Below are positions 19,171-30,199 of a DNA stretch of 64,000 bases, one piece after another. The notes under the pieces were generated by a model. That model saw nothing but the letters and a program-made list of their open reading frames with translations, was not told the origin of the DNA and did no database searches. Location of the stretch: positions 1,968,550 to 2,032,549 of the forward strand of contig NZ_CP090958.1 in the NCBI RefSeq assembly GCF_025787225.1. The letters are read 5' to 3'. Source of the stretch: Saxibacter everestensis. GTDB taxonomy: Bacteria > Actinomycetota > Actinomycetes > Actinomycetales > Brevibacteriaceae. The position numbers were made by a program, and so were the translations under genes. Numbering within the stretch: position 1 is the stretch's first letter; each line of letters opens with the position of its first letter.

Positions 19171-19521
19171 CAGCCCATTATTGCAAATGATGCTATAGGT
19201 GACGCTCCGTGCAACTTCTCACCGGCGAAATGTGAGATATACCGACCGTGTCATATCCAGTCAGTAAGGGAGATTCGTCTTGGCACCTCGTACGCGCGGG
19301 GAAAGCGCCGAACTCGGGATCGCAATCCGCGATCGGCGGACAGCGATTGGTCAGCATGGCGGAAGCAGAGGCCAAGGCAGGTGTCGGCGTCAGTCCTGGA
19401 GAAGGGGGATCCCCTACTGCTCGCTGGCGCTCGCAGCGGGGGCCCACCTAAAGGGTTCTCGTACTCGGTCGGATATTGGAAATGACCCCGACCAAAGAGC
19501 GGTCGGAGCCATCTTCCAATG

Positions 19522-19594
19522 TGGAGCTGAGGGGACTCGAACCCCTGACCCCCTGCATGCCATGCAGGTGCGCTACCAGCTGCGCCACAGCCCC
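19522..19594 (-). tRNA. tRNA-Ala (anticodon GGC)
   Basis: Reverse complement GGGGCTGTGGCGCAGCTGGTAGCGCACCTGCATGGCATGCAGGGGGTCAGGGGTTCGAGTCCCCTCAGCTCCA, with the G3:U70 pair and a GGC anticodon loop. Confidence 0.9.
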
Positions 19595-19688
19595 AAACTT
19601 TGTCGCCATCCGTGGCAACTCGATCAATAGTAGTTGTTAACCGGCCAAGGTCAAAATCGGGCCGATAGGCGCATCGATTAGGCTCAGG

Positions 19689-20678
19689 GTGATGAGTAAA
19701 CACAACCAAATCCGGGTGCCGGTCGCGATTCGGGGCGATGACCAAGCCGGGACGAAAGCCGCCCAGTTCCTCAGCACGGATTACTGGATCTACGGCGAAG
19801 GGCAGGCCATCGCGGCACACGACTTAGCCACCCCATTTGAAGCGCCAGCCCTAACTGAAGCGCCAGCCCCACCGCACAACGACAAACCAGCCCCAGACGA
19901 CGACCCGCCGACCGTCATCATGGTGCACGGCTTCCGCGGCGACCACCATGGCCTCGAACTTATCGCGCAGGCCCTGACGCCGACCCGGGTAATCAGCCCG
20001 GACCTACCCGGCTTCGGCCGCACCGGCCCGCTGCCGACACCACACACGCTCAAGGGGTACGTCGACTTCTTGCGCGCCTTCATCCGCGAGCTGGACCTTG
20101 CCACTCCCCCGGTCGTCGTCGGCCATTCCTTTGGCTCAATCGTCGCTGCCGGCTTCGCCGCGGAGTACCCCGAAGCGCTCAGCAAGCTCGTGCTGATCAA
20201 TCCGATCGCCTCTCCTGCGCTCGAAGGACCGCAAAAAGTCCTTACCTTGCTCACGGTTTTCTACTATCGGCTCGCCACCGCCCTGCCCGCCGCGCCAGGT
20301 CTTGAACTACTTCGGAACCGGCTCATCGTCCGCCTGATGAGCATCGTGATGGCGAAAACCAAAGACCCCGAGCTTCGGCAATACATTCACGGCCAGCATG
20401 ACGCGCATTTCTCATCGTTTTCCGACCGGCAGACCCTGCTGGAGGCATTCACCACGTCGATCCAGAACACCGCGACTCAGAGCGCCGCGGACATCAAGAC
20501 GCCGACGCTGTTGATCGCCTCCGAGCGGGACGACATTTCATCGCTGCCCGCGCAGGAGGCGTTGCACGCGAGCATCGTCGATTCCAGACTCATCGTGATT
20601 CCCCGAGCCGGTCACCTGGTCCACTACGAGGCTCCGCAACATGCCGCGGCAGCAATTCAGGAGTTCATCACCGCATGA
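19689..20678 (+). CDS. alpha/beta-fold hydrolase
   Basis: HGFRGDHHG, nucleophile elbow GHSFGS, 329 aa. Confidence 0.8.
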   Translation: MMSKHNQIRVPVAIRGDDQAGTKAAQFLSTDYWIYGEGQAIAAHDLATPFEAPALTEAPAPPHNDKPAPDDDPPTVIMVHGFRGDHHGLELIAQALTPTRVISPDLPGFGRTGPLPTPHTLKGYVDFLRAFIRELDLATPPVVVGHSFGSIVAAGFAAEYPEALSKLVLINPIASPALEGPQKVLTLLTVFYYRLATALPAAPGLELLRNRLIVRLMSIVMAKTKDPELRQYIHGQHDAHFSSFSDRQTLLEAFTTSIQNTATQSAADIKTPTLLIASERDDISSLPAQEALHASIVDSRLIVIPRAGHLVHYEAPQHAAAAIQEFITA

Positions 20679-21757
20679 AGGTATTCTTCGACGCCCGTTT
20701 CACCCGGACGTCCCATCACGATGGCATCAGCCGCTACGGCGCCAACCTGCTCGCCGAGTTGGCAAAGCTCACCGAAGTCACCGGGATCATCAGCGACGAT
20801 CGTCAGCGGGCCCTGCTGCCCGACACAGTCGACTACGTGAAGTTGAACTCGCCGATTTCTCCGCGGGAACTCCTGATCGGCCGCACGCTGAACAAGCTCG
20901 GCGCGGACGTCGTATTCTCACCAATGCAGGTTATGGGAGCCTTCGGTCGCAGGTACCGGTTGATCCTGACCCTGCATGACCTGATCTACTACTCGCACCC
21001 CGAGCCACCGCACGACCTACCGCGGCTGGTGCGCGGCATCTGGCGGCTGTATCACAAGGCCTACTGGCCGCAGCGGCTGCTGCTCAATCGCGCTGATGCA
21101 GTGGCCTCGGTCAGCGAAACCACTGCACGACTGATCCGCAAGCATCGATTGACCAGGCGCCCGGTGCACGTTATCGGCAATGCCGCCGACCCCACGCCAC
21201 CGGCGCAGCGGGACAACACAAGTCAGGCACGGTCGCTGGTCTACATGGGTGCGTTCCTGCCTTACAAGAACGTCGAAACCCTGATCGCGAGCCTTGAGCA
21301 CCTTCCCGGCTATACCCTGCACCTGCTCAGCCGGATCCGGCCTGAGCGCAGGGACTCCCTCACTGCTTCGGCTCCGGACTCCGCACGAGTGATATTTCAC
21401 GATGGAGTCACCGACCAGGAATATCGTCGGCTGCTCGATGAGGCGACGGCGCTGGTCACCGCATCACTGGATGAGGGCTTCGGCCTGCCGCTGGTCGAAG
21501 CAATGGGTCGAAGCACACCGATCGTGGTCAGTGACCTGGAGATTTTCCGGGAGATCGGCGGCGACACCGCGCTCTATTTCGAGCCGCGTAGCCCGAAGCA
21601 GCTCGCGGATCGAATCCACGAACTCGAGAATACGACGCGTTGGATGGCCGCTTCTGAGCAGGGGCCGGCCCAGGCAGAAAAATTCTCCTGGCAGGAGTCC
21701 GCCGCTCGACTGCACGAGCTGATCACGCAGCTTGCCGCCGAGCCCCGTCGGCGTTAA
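20675..21757 (+). CDS. GT4-family glycosyltransferase (PimB-like fold)
   Basis: C-terminal EGFGLPLVEAMGRSTPIVVSDLEIFREIGGD. ATGA overlap with the hydrolase gene. Confidence 0.85.
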   Translation: MKVFFDARFTRTSHHDGISRYGANLLAELAKLTEVTGIISDDRQRALLPDTVDYVKLNSPISPRELLIGRTLNKLGADVVFSPMQVMGAFGRRYRLILTLHDLIYYSHPEPPHDLPRLVRGIWRLYHKAYWPQRLLLNRADAVASVSETTARLIRKHRLTRRPVHVIGNAADPTPPAQRDNTSQARSLVYMGAFLPYKNVETLIASLEHLPGYTLHLLSRIRPERRDSLTASAPDSARVIFHDGVTDQEYRRLLDEATALVTASLDEGFGLPLVEAMGRSTPIVVSDLEIFREIGGDTALYFEPRSPKQLADRIHELENTTRWMAASEQGPAQAEKFSWQESAARLHELITQLAAEPRRR

Positions 21758-21885
21758 CGACGTGGAGTGAAGTCCTCGTGCGGGGCCCTCGAGTAACAGG
21801 TTGGGTGCGCAGCGCCCGCCGAAAAACATCCCTAAGGTGACACTCGGCACCGGCGAAAACGCAGTTGCCTGGCGAACAGCAAAGC

Positions 21886-22500
21886 CTAGGCGCCGGTTCC
21901 GACGTTGAACTGAACCAGGGTCAGGCCCTGCCGCCGCCGCTCAAAAACGTTCCAGTGCGCGTTATGCGAAACGGCAAAGCGATCCCACGCCGTCAACGGC
22001 AGTTCGAGGAGCTGACCCACCGCCCCGCGCAAGGAGCCGCCGTGGCCAACGACCACCAAGGCGCCGCCTTCCGTGCCGGCAATATGTTCCTTGATCGCGT
22101 CGGCGGCACGGGACGCTGAATCCACCCGTGACTCACCACCGTGGGTCGGCTCGTCATCACCGCTGGACCAGCGGGCCAGCTCATCGGCCCACTGCTCCTT
22201 TACTTCTGCGCGGGTGAGTCCTTCCCAGCGACCATAGGCGGTCTCCCGCAGCCGTTCATCCGTCTCCACCGAGACGTCGTCAACCAGGTCGGCCAGCGCC
22301 GAGGCGGTCTGCTGGGCGCGTTTCAGGTCGGACGAGACGATGCGCTGCGGCTTGTACTCCGCCAGCAGCGGCGCAGCCGCCCGCACCTGCCCCCAGCCAA
22401 ACTCATCCAGCTCCGTGTCGATATGCCCCTGGAATTTGCCCACAGTATTGAAATTGGTCTGGCCATGTCGCCACAGCACAACGGTTTGTGCCGGCATCAC
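21886..22500 (-). CDS. histidine phosphatase family protein (phosphoglycerate-mutase-like; GpgP-like position)
   Basis: VVLWRHGQTNFN, catalytic RHG. 4-bp overlap with rsfS, as in the mycobacterial nadD-rsfS-gpgP arrangement. Confidence 0.8.
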   Translation of the reverse strand: MMPAQTVVLWRHGQTNFNTVGKFQGHIDTELDEFGWGQVRAAAPLLAEYKPQRIVSSDLKRAQQTASALADLVDDVSVETDERLRETAYGRWEGLTRAEVKEQWADELARWSSGDDEPTHGGESRVDSASRAADAIKEHIAGTEGGALVVVGHGGSLRGAVGQLLELPLTAWDRFAVSHNAHWNVFERRRQGLTLVQFNVGTGA

Positions 22501-22907
22501 TCAGTAGTCCCGGTATCGATGGAGGAATCATCGGTGGGCCGGGCCGGAGATACCTCAGGGACCTCGATGGCCGGGCAATCACGCCACAGCCGTTCGAGCG
22601 CGTAGAATTCCCGATCTTCCTGATGGAAGACGTGCACGATGATCTCGCCGAAGTCCACCAGAACCCAGCGCGCCTCGCGATGGCCCTCACGACGCAATGG
22701 CTTCACGCCCTGCTCGCGGAGCTTTTCTTCCACCTCATCCACGATGGCCATTACCTGTCGCTCGTTCGGCGCTGAGGCGAGCACGAAAACATCGGTTATC
22801 ACCAGATGATCGCTGACATCCAGCGCGACGATGTCCTCGCCGAGCTTGTCCGCGGCCGCGTGGGCGGCAGTAATTGCCAGCTGTTGGGCGCGATCCGTTG
22901 CAGTCAC
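22497..22907 (-). CDS. rsfS: ribosome silencing factor RsfS (Iojap)
   Basis: 136 aa: DIVALDVSDHLVITDVFVLASAPNERQVMAIVDEVEEKL. Confidence 0.85.
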   Translation of the reverse strand: MTATDRAQQLAITAAHAAADKLGEDIVALDVSDHLVITDVFVLASAPNERQVMAIVDEVEEKLREQGVKPLRREGHREARWVLVDFGEIIVHVFHQEDREFYALERLWRDCPAIEVPEVSPARPTDDSSIDTGTTE

Positions 22908-22949
22908 TAAGTTTCCTTGCTGTGTGGGGGTGATGGTTGGGCGAGCAGA

Positions 22950-24536
22950 CTACCTGAGCATTAACACCAGGCCTACTACGACGAGCACGACGCCAATGGC
23001 GACGGCCGTGCCGAGCGCGATCAGCGGCAGCCGGGATGATTTCGAGCCAATGAGCATCTTCTCATCGGTGTTGACCGCGGTGCGAGCCCGAACAGGCGGG
23101 ACCGGCGGCTCACTCACCTCCGAATTGTCGTCCAGATCGGAGTCCTCGGCGAACGGCCAGGTGGTCTTCTCCAGGCCCGGCCGGTCGAGAGCACTGGTTC
23201 CGGCGAGCGGAAGCGAGCCGGTGACCACGGCCACCTGGGCTGTCGATGGCGGCCGGACGACAGGTGAGCGCCCGGTCCGGTTCCGACGTCGGCTGGGCAG
23301 TTCAGCAGATTGCGGACTCTCCCGTGCAGCATCGCCCGCCCTCGCGGTGTCCGCATCTGCCGGATCTCCCTCGTCCGCAACCTCGGCGTCCTGACTCTCA
23401 GCGGCTCGACTCGCAGCCGTAGCGGGAATCTCAGCTTCGACCGACTGGCCGCGCCGCTGTGGAACGGTCGGCCGTCGGCTTGGATGGAAGATGTTCGGCG
23501 TCGCAACCGGATTCGTCGATGAGTTCGCGTCGTTGTCTTCGGCCTGAGCGGAGACGGTCGCGGGCGGTGCCTCTTGAGACGTGGAAGCGATTGGCGAGGT
23601 TTGGGCCGCTTCGGCCGAAGCGGTTCCGACCTTGCGATCCCGCTCAGGATCCGCCGCGGCGACGGACTTTTTCGCCGGCGCGTCCTGCGTACCCCGGCGG
23701 GGAGCCGCTGCGGGCGCCGACATGTCCGGCTGCGGCGCCGGCTCCTCGGGCTTGTCGTCGGCTTCTTCGAGCAGGCCATGCTTGGCGCGATAGCGTTTCA
23801 GCTCCGCCCGGGTCATGAAACGCGGCTGATCGCCTTTGGTTTCGCCCCCAGCATTCGAGGACGCCGATGCCGCGAGTCCAGCCGGCGGATTCGAGGACGC
23901 CGACGGCGCGGCGTCGTCCGGAGCAGCGCCGGATGACTTGTCTGCGGACACAGCCGGCTCAGCGCTAGCCGGCCCGGCTGCATCCGCGCGCCGGGTAGGG
24001 GAACCCGTAGTCCGGGCAGGCGAATCCGTGCTTCTGGCAGGCGAACCAGGCGCCGGAGGAACCTTCCTGGAGGCCTCCTGGGCCGAGCCAGCGTCAGAAT
24101 CGGCGGAAGTCTCCGCGGTTTCCGAAGGCGCGGCCGCCGTCCGGGCCGGTCCATCTGGTTTCCGGGACGGCCGCGGAGCGTACTGCGCCGGAATCGGGAT
24201 TTCATGCGACGAGTCATCGTCCTCGTCGAGGTCGGCATCGTCGGAAATCCCGCCGCCGGCCGCACCCGATCCCTCCTGATCCGAGCCGCCACGCCGAACT
24301 TGGTCGGCACGCTTGGGCGGCGCCGCCTGTTCGGGCTGGTCAGCAGCAAGCGGGCCCCGCCGGGCCGAAGGTGTGACGCGCGCATGACCCCCGGTCGGGA
24401 GATCGCCGGAGCCGTCCACAGCATTATCGGCGGCCGCTGCCTGCGCCTGCGCGTTCTCGGCGGCAATGCGCTCGGCCTCACGGCGTTCGCGTCGGCTCAT
24501 GAACCTCTGAGCCTCGCTACCGGAAGAGTCAGTCAT
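22950..24536 (-). CDS. hypothetical Pro/Ala/Ser/Arg-rich disordered protein with a single C-terminal TM anchor
   Basis: 528 aa, low complexity throughout, ending in [24 protein letters not shown]. Sits in the conserved slot between nadD and rsfS. Overlaps the nadD stop by 8 nt. Confidence 0.6.
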   Translation of the reverse strand: MTDSSGSEAQRFMSRRERREAERIAAENAQAQAAAADNAVDGSGDLPTGGHARVTPSARRGPLAADQPEQAAPPKRADQVRRGGSDQEGSGAAGGGISDDADLDEDDDSSHEIPIPAQYAPRPSRKPDGPARTAAAPSETAETSADSDAGSAQEASRKVPPAPGSPARSTDSPARTTGSPTRRADAAGPASAEPAVSADKSSGAAPDDAAPSASSNPPAGLAASASSNAGGETKGDQPRFMTRAELKRYRAKHGLLEEADDKPEEPAPQPDMSAPAAAPRRGTQDAPAKKSVAAADPERDRKVGTASAEAAQTSPIASTSQEAPPATVSAQAEDNDANSSTNPVATPNIFHPSRRPTVPQRRGQSVEAEIPATAASRAAESQDAEVADEGDPADADTARAGDAARESPQSAELPSRRRNRTGRSPVVRPPSTAQVAVVTGSLPLAGTSALDRPGLEKTTWPFAEDSDLDDNSEVSEPPVPPVRARTAVNTDEKMLIGSKSSRLPLIALGTAVAIGVVLVVVGLVLMLR

Positions 24537-25131
24537 CGTCGCTCCTATACAAAGAATGCTTCACAATGTACTGAACAACGCCGTCGGGTACCAGGTACCA
24601 CACCGGCTGATGCGCAGAAACGCGCGCGCGGCAGTCGGTGGACGAGATAGCCAGAGCTGGCACCTCGAGCAGACTCAACCCGTTGTCCGGCAGTCCGCCG
24701 CGGCTCAACTCGTGGCCGGGTCGGGTGACACCGACGAAGTGCGCGAGCTCAAACAACTCATGGACGTCTTTCCAGGAAAGAATCTGTGCCAGAGCATCGG
24801 CGCCGGTGATGAAGAACAGCTCGGCGTTGCCGTACTGCTTTCTGAGATCGCGCAGCGTGTCGATGGTGTAGGTTGTCCCGGGCCGATCCACATCGACCCT
24901 GCTGACCGTGAAACGGGGGTTCGAAGCGGTGGCGATGACCGTCATCAGATACCGATGCTCTGCATCGGTAACCACGCTGTCCGATTTCTGCCACGGCCGG
25001 CCCGTCGGCACGAACACGACCTCGTCGAGTCCGAACTGTGCGGCAACCTCACTGGCGGCTACGAGGTGTCCGTGATGGATAGGGTCGAACGTTCCACCCA
25101 TCACGCCGATGCGCAGACATTTGCTACTCAC
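24529..25131 (-). CDS. nadD: nicotinate-nucleotide adenylyltransferase
   Basis: [15 protein letters not shown]. Start is a GTG at 25129-25131. Confidence 0.9.
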   Translation of the reverse strand: MSSKCLRIGVMGGTFDPIHHGHLVAASEVAAQFGLDEVVFVPTGRPWQKSDSVVTDAEHRYLMTVIATASNPRFTVSRVDVDRPGTTYTIDTLRDLRKQYGNAELFFITGADALAQILSWKDVHELFELAHFVGVTRPGHELSRGGLPDNGLSLLEVPALAISSTDCRARVSAHQPVWYLVPDGVVQYIVKHSLYRSDDD

Positions 25132-25284
25132 TTAGTGGCGGTTTGAGACACCGCGGTAGCTCATGGTGACCAGCAACATAACCATGAGGGTGCCGAACGC
25201 AATCAACCCGTATGCAATCGGATGCATCGGGATTTCAACGTGGTGTTCAGCCTGCTCGGCTGCAGCCAGAATGACGCTGGTCAT
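25132..25284 (-). CDS. unannotated 50-aa small membrane protein (MTSVILAAAEQAEHHVEIPMHPIAYGLIAFGTLMVMLLVTMSYRGVSNRH)
   Basis: GGAG RBS 7 nt upstream of the ATG. Its TAA stop abuts the GTG start of nadD (cacTAAGTGagt). One clear TM helix. Below the 60-aa ORF-track cutoff. Confidence 0.35.
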   Translation of the reverse strand: MTSVILAAAEQAEHHVEIPMHPIAYGLIAFGTLMVMLLVTMSYRGVSNRH

Positions 25285-25409
25285 GGTGGAATCTCCTGGT
25301 AATCAGTCGTTGTTACAACTAATAGTCTGTCATGCCGGAACCAACGATGCCTTATCGGCTGGCTCCCGGCCCCGATCGTTGCGCTCCGTCAGGCAGTGCC
25401 GGCGGTGTC

Positions 25410-26717
25410 TTACTCGCGAACCTGGCCTTCGCCATGCACGATCCATTTCGATGTGGTCAGCTCGGTGAGTCCCATCGGGCCGCGAGCATGCAGCTTCTGC
25501 GTCGAGATGCCGACCTCGGCGCCGAGGCCGAACTGACCGCCATCCGTGAAACGGGACGAGACGTTGACGCCGACGGCGGCAGAATCGACCGCCGCTACGA
25601 ATCGGTCAGCCGAGCGAACATCGTTGGTGACGATGACGTCGGTGTGTCCCGAGGAGTAGCGCTCGATGTGCTCGATCGCCTCCTCGATGTCGGACACGAC
25701 AGCCACGGCTATGTCGAGGCCGAGGTACTCCTTCACCCAGTCGCGTCGATTCGCCCGACGGATCCGCACACCGTCCGGCGCGAACTCCGAGGTGGCGACA
25801 TCACCATGAATGGTGACTCCCGCGCTGTCGAGCGCCGCGATGATCTTGGTCATCATTCGTTTGGCGGCTTTCTCATGCACGAGCAAAGTCTCCAAAGCGT
25901 TGCAGACGCTGGGGCGGTGGGTTTTGGAATTCAGCACCAGGTCCAGCGTCGTCTTCAGCTCGGCGGATGAATCGATGAACATGTGGACGTTCCCGACACC
26001 CGTCTCGATCACCGGAACTATCGACTCCTGGACCACGGTGGCAATCAGTTCGGCGCCGCCCCGCGGAATAAGCAGGTCGACGAAGTCCCTGGACTGCATC
26101 AGTGCCCGGGCGCCGTCGCGGCCGAACTCGTCGATGGAGGAAACCAGGTCGGCAGGCAATCCCACCGAGGCAATCGCCCAGCGCAGCACGTCGGAGAGCA
26201 CCGCATTGGTGCGCGCGGCCGCGCTGCCACCACGAAGCACAACCGCATTACCGCTTTTCAGCGCCAACGCGGCAATGTCGACTGTCACGTTCGGGCGGGC
26301 TTCGTAGATGACCCCGATCACGCCCATCGGAACCCTCACCTGGCGAAGTCTGATGCCGTTTGCAAGCGTCGAACCGGTAATCACATTGCCCACAGGATCC
26401 GGCAACGCGGCGATCTCACGCACCGCACCGGCGATTGCTGCCACCCGATCCGCGTCGAGGGCGAGCCGATCCAGCATAGTCGCGTCGACCCCTGACTCCT
26501 CCGCGGCGGCCAGATCGCGTTTATTCGCCGCGACGATGCGCTCAGTCTCCGAGTTGAGGGCCTCGGCGATCGCAAGCAGTGCGGCGTCTTTCACGGTTCG
26601 CTGGGCGGTTGCCAGGGTTTTCCCGGCTTCCTGCGCCCGGCGGGTAATCCGCTCGACACCGCGACGGGCACGTGCGCTCACTTCATCCGTTGGTGCGGCA
26701 ACTTCTGCAGAACTCAT
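25410..26717 (-). CDS. proA: gamma-glutamyl phosphate reductase
   Basis: Aldehyde-dehydrogenase fold, 435 aa, typical ProA N-terminus. Confidence 0.9.
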   Translation of the reverse strand: MSSAEVAAPTDEVSARARRGVERITRRAQEAGKTLATAQRTVKDAALLAIAEALNSETERIVAANKRDLAAAEESGVDATMLDRLALDADRVAAIAGAVREIAALPDPVGNVITGSTLANGIRLRQVRVPMGVIGVIYEARPNVTVDIAALALKSGNAVVLRGGSAAARTNAVLSDVLRWAIASVGLPADLVSSIDEFGRDGARALMQSRDFVDLLIPRGGAELIATVVQESIVPVIETGVGNVHMFIDSSAELKTTLDLVLNSKTHRPSVCNALETLLVHEKAAKRMMTKIIAALDSAGVTIHGDVATSEFAPDGVRIRRANRRDWVKEYLGLDIAVAVVSDIEEAIEHIERYSSGHTDVIVTNDVRSADRFVAAVDSAAVGVNVSSRFTDGGQFGLGAEVGISTQKLHARGPMGLTELTTSKWIVHGEGQVRE

Positions 26718-26759
26718 GAGTCCACCTTAATCTGTGCAGGCTGACACGCCGGTCGGGTA

Positions 26760-27920
26760 TCAGCCCAATATCACCAGGTCATCTCGGTGGATGACTTCGC
26801 GTTCATAGTCGCGGCCAAGTGACTCGCCCAGTTCCCTGGTCGAGCGGCCAAACATCTCCGGCAACTCGAGCGCCGAGTAGTTCACCAGGCCGCGGGCAAT
26901 TATTTCCCCGCTGTGACTGACGATTTCCACCGGATCGCCTGGCTCGAAATCACCAGTGACGCCGGTAACGCCGGCCGGGAGCAGCGAGGTGTGCCGGTCG
27001 CGCAACGCACGAACCGCGCCATCATCGATGGTGACGCGCCCCCGCGTCTCCGCAAGGTGGGCGAGCCACAGCAGTCGAGTGGACCGCCGACGGTGGGTCA
27101 CTGTGAACCAGGTACCAACATCGGCGCCGGTCATCGCATTCTCGACGTTTCCGGCCGATGTGACCACGGCCGGAATTCCTGAAGCTGCCGCGATCTGCGC
27201 CGCCTCGATCTTCGTCGCCATGCCGCCGGTGCCGATGCCCGCAGTACCAGTGCCGCCGACCTTGACGACATCGAGTTCCGACGGCGATCGCACCAGGGAA
27301 ACGCGCTCGGCGCTGCTGTGGGTCGGCGGCGCCGTGTAAAGCGCATCAACATCCGAAAGCAGTACGAGCGCCTCGGCATGGACAAGGTGGGCTACCAGAG
27401 CGGCAAGCCTGTCATTGTCTCCGAACCGGATCTCGTGCGTCGCCACGGTGTCGTTCTCATTGACGATAGGAAGCACTCCCATGCCAAGCAAGCGTTCCAG
27501 GGCACGTTGGGCGTTGCGATAGTGCGTCCGGCGAATCAGGTCGTCCGCGCTGAGCAGCACCTGGCTGCTCAGTACGCTTCGACCACCAAGCGCCTCGCTG
27601 TAACGAGCCATCAGCAACCCCTGGCCAACGCTTGCCGCTGCCTGTTGGCTGGACAGATCGGAGGGACGTTTCGCCCAGCCGAGCGGAGCGAGTCCAGCGG
27701 CAATCGCCCCGGACGACACCAGCACAACCTCGCGCCCGGCCTTATTCTGAGCCGCCAGAACGTTCGTAAGAGCCATCAGACGCGCGACATCGATGCCGCC
27801 GGCGGTGGTAGTCAGCGAGGAGGAACCGACCTTGACCACGACCCGCTTCGCGCCGGCTATGCTGCGCTGCACGTCGAGCAGCGCGGTCGCGGTGTCTTCT
27901 GAGTGAATAGTTTCCGTCAT
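26760..27920 (-). CDS. proB: glutamate 5-kinase
   Basis: [11 protein letters not shown] amino-acid-kinase motif, C-terminal PUA domain. Confidence 0.9.
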   Translation of the reverse strand: MTETIHSEDTATALLDVQRSIAGAKRVVVKVGSSSLTTTAGGIDVARLMALTNVLAAQNKAGREVVLVSSGAIAAGLAPLGWAKRPSDLSSQQAAASVGQGLLMARYSEALGGRSVLSSQVLLSADDLIRRTHYRNAQRALERLLGMGVLPIVNENDTVATHEIRFGDNDRLAALVAHLVHAEALVLLSDVDALYTAPPTHSSAERVSLVRSPSELDVVKVGGTGTAGIGTGGMATKIEAAQIAAASGIPAVVTSAGNVENAMTGADVGTWFTVTHRRRSTRLLWLAHLAETRGRVTIDDGAVRALRDRHTSLLPAGVTGVTGDFEPGDPVEIVSHSGEIIARGLVNYSALELPEMFGRSTRELGESLGRDYEREVIHRDDLVILG

Positions 27921-29473
27921 TTATCGCTCTCCGACTCGCCCGCTTCGGACGAAGAATCACTCCAGATCCCGGCTCGGCGCTGCTCTTCCATTTCCCGGCG
28001 GGCTTCAGCCTTGGCGTCCATCCTGGCGTGGAACTGCTCGCGCTTCTGTTCGCGGGTCGGCCGATTGGCTTCATCCAGTCGCAGGTCTCCACCGCGCGGC
28101 GCTGCCAGTAGCTCCGCGCCACCGATCATGGTCGGATCCCAGTCGAACAGTACGCCGTCGCCCGGTCCGATGACCACGGTGGAACCCGGTACCGCACCGG
28201 CCTTGAACAACTTCTCTTCGACTCCCAGCCGCTCAAGCCGGTCGCCAAGGTAGCCGACGGCCTCATCGTTGGCGAAGTCGGTTTGGCGTACCCATCGTTC
28301 TGGCTTTTCGCCAAGCACCCGGAAAATCTCGCCCTCGGCAGTATTCTCCCGAACGACCGTGAAGCCGCGATCATTGACGGCCTGCGGCCGAAGCACGACC
28401 CGGGGAGCCTCGATCGCCGACTCGACCAGGCGCTTCCGGTTCTCGTCGACCAGCTTCGCCATTGCGAACGACAACTGCCGCAAGCCCTCATGCGATGCCG
28501 CGGAAACCTCGAACACCTGGTAGCCGGCGGCTTCCAGGTCCGGGCGTACGATCTCGGCCAGGTCCCGGCCATCCGGAACGTCTATCTTGTTCAGCACGAC
28601 GAGTTTGGGCCGCTCGTTGAGTGGGAGGACTTCACCACCGCCACCGAGTGCTCCTTCGACCGAGTAGGCCGCAAGTTCCTTCTCGATGGTTTCGAGGTCA
28701 CCCGCAGGGTCGCGTCCCGGTTCATACGTTGCGCAGTCGATCACGTGAGCGAGCGCAGAACAACGCTCGACGTGGCGCAGAAACTCCAGGCCAAGACCCT
28801 TGCCCTCCGACGCTCCGGGAATGAGACCCGGCACATCGGCGATCGTGAACCGGACCTCGCCGGCCTGTACAACGCCGAGGTTTGGCACCAGCGTTGTGAA
28901 CGGGTAGTCGGCGATCTTCGGCCGGGCGGCTGAAAGCGCGGCGATCAGCGAAGACTTACCGGCCGAGGGATAGCCAACCAGCGCGATGTCGGCGACAGTC
29001 TTGACCTCAAGGGTGATCTGTCCTTCGAAACCAGGCTCGCCGAGCAGCGCGAAACCAGGAGCCTTACGACGGGGCGAAGCAAGTGCGGCATTGCCGAGTC
29101 CGCCACGGCCGCCGGCAGCCGCAACGAAGCGGGTTCCGGCGCCAAGCAGATCGGCGAGCACCTCACCGTCAGGACCTTTCACTACGGTTCCCTCGGGAAT
29201 CTGGAGGATCAGGTCCTCGCCATCAGCGCCGTGCCGCATATCGCCCTTGCCCGGGCCGCCATCGCCGGCGTGCCGGTGAGGCGAACGATGGTAGGACAGC
29301 AATGTCGTGGTTTGCGGGTCGACAACAAGGATCACGTCGCCGCCGCGGCCACCGTTTGCGCCATCGGGGCCACCGAGTGGCTTGAACTTCTCACGGTGAA
29401 CCGAGGCACAGCCGTTACCGCCATCACCGCCTGATACGAACAGTGTGACTGTGTCCACAAAAGTAGTGGCCAT
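27917..29473 (-). CDS. obgE: GTPase Obg/CgtA
   Basis: Obg fold [42 protein letters not shown]1-G4 GTPase motifs, long acidic C-terminal tail. Confidence 0.9.
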   Translation of the reverse strand: MATTFVDTVTLFVSGGDGGNGCASVHREKFKPLGGPDGANGGRGGDVILVVDPQTTTLLSYHRSPHRHAGDGGPGKGDMRHGADGEDLILQIPEGTVVKGPDGEVLADLLGAGTRFVAAAGGRGGLGNAALASPRRKAPGFALLGEPGFEGQITLEVKTVADIALVGYPSAGKSSLIAALSAARPKIADYPFTTLVPNLGVVQAGEVRFTIADVPGLIPGASEGKGLGLEFLRHVERCSALAHVIDCATYEPGRDPAGDLETIEKELAAYSVEGALGGGGEVLPLNERPKLVVLNKIDVPDGRDLAEIVRPDLEAAGYQVFEVSAASHEGLRQLSFAMAKLVDENRKRLVESAIEAPRVVLRPQAVNDRGFTVVRENTAEGEIFRVLGEKPERWVRQTDFANDEAVGYLGDRLERLGVEEKLFKAGAVPGSTVVIGPGDGVLFDWDPTMIGGAELLAAPRGGDLRLDEANRPTREQKREQFHARMDAKAEARREMEEQRRAGIWSDSSSEAGESESDK

Positions 29474-29593
29474 GACTGCTTGCTTCCTTGTCTGTTAACC
29501 GTGCACTGCAAACAGACCACGAGGGACGAGCTGCGGATAATCCGTGGCTCGCCCCTCGCGGTCTGTAAAGCTAAATACGTGAAGCGCTATTGA

Positions 29594-29845
29594 TCAGGCA
29601 TCCACGATGTTGACGACCTTGCGGCCGCCCTTGCTGCCGAACTCGACCGCACCGGCGGCCAGAGCGAAGAGCGTGTCGTCGCCACCGCGGCCGACGTTGG
29701 CGCCCGGGTGGAAGTGGGTTCCGCGCTGGCGGACCAGGATCTCGCCCGCATTGACGACCTGACCGCCGAAGCGCTTCACGCCCAGTCGCTGAGCGTTTGA
29801 ATCACGACCGTTGCGAGTGGAGCTCGCACCCTTCTTATGTGCCAT
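29594..29845 (-). CDS. rpmA: 50S ribosomal protein L27
   Basis: [24 protein letters not shown]. Confidence 0.95.
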   Translation of the reverse strand: MAHKKGASSTRNGRDSNAQRLGVKRFGGQVVNAGEILVRQRGTHFHPGANVGRGGDDTLFALAAGAVEFGSKGGRKVVNIVDA

Positions 29846-29890
29846 TGCTGACGCACCTGCCTAAGAGAATAAGAAATGGAAACTAAGAAC

Positions 29891-30199
29891 TTACTTAATG
29901 CTGGTGACCTTGAGCCGCGTCAGTTCCTGACGGTGGCCCTGGCGCTTCTTGTAGCCCGTCTTGTTCTTGAACTTCTGGATCACAATCTTCGGACCACGAA
30001 GATCCTCAACGACCTCGGCGGTAACCTTTACCTTCGCCAGCTTGTCGATGCCGGAGGTAACTTCTTCGCCGTCAACCAGCAGCAGAGGAGCAAGCTCAAC
30101 GGTGTCACCGGCCTTCGCCTGAACACGGTCAACGGTCAGCACGTCGCCGACCGATACCTTTTCCTGACGGCCGCCTGCGCGAACAATCGCGTACACCAC
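29891..30199 (-). CDS. rplU: 50S ribosomal protein L21
   Basis: [19 protein letters not shown]. Confidence 0.95.
   Translation of the reverse strand: MVYAIVRAGGRQEKVSVGDVLTVDRVQAKAGDTVELAPLLLVDGEEVTSGIDKLAKVKVTAEVVEDLRGPKIVIQKFKNKTGYKKRQGHRQELTRLKVTSIK

Noticed and set aside
23114-24481. Several 200+ aa ORFs on both strands inside the disordered-protein gene
   Set aside because: These are alternative frames of a very low-complexity, GC-rich region. Only the frame ending in a TM helix and overlapping nadD is retained.
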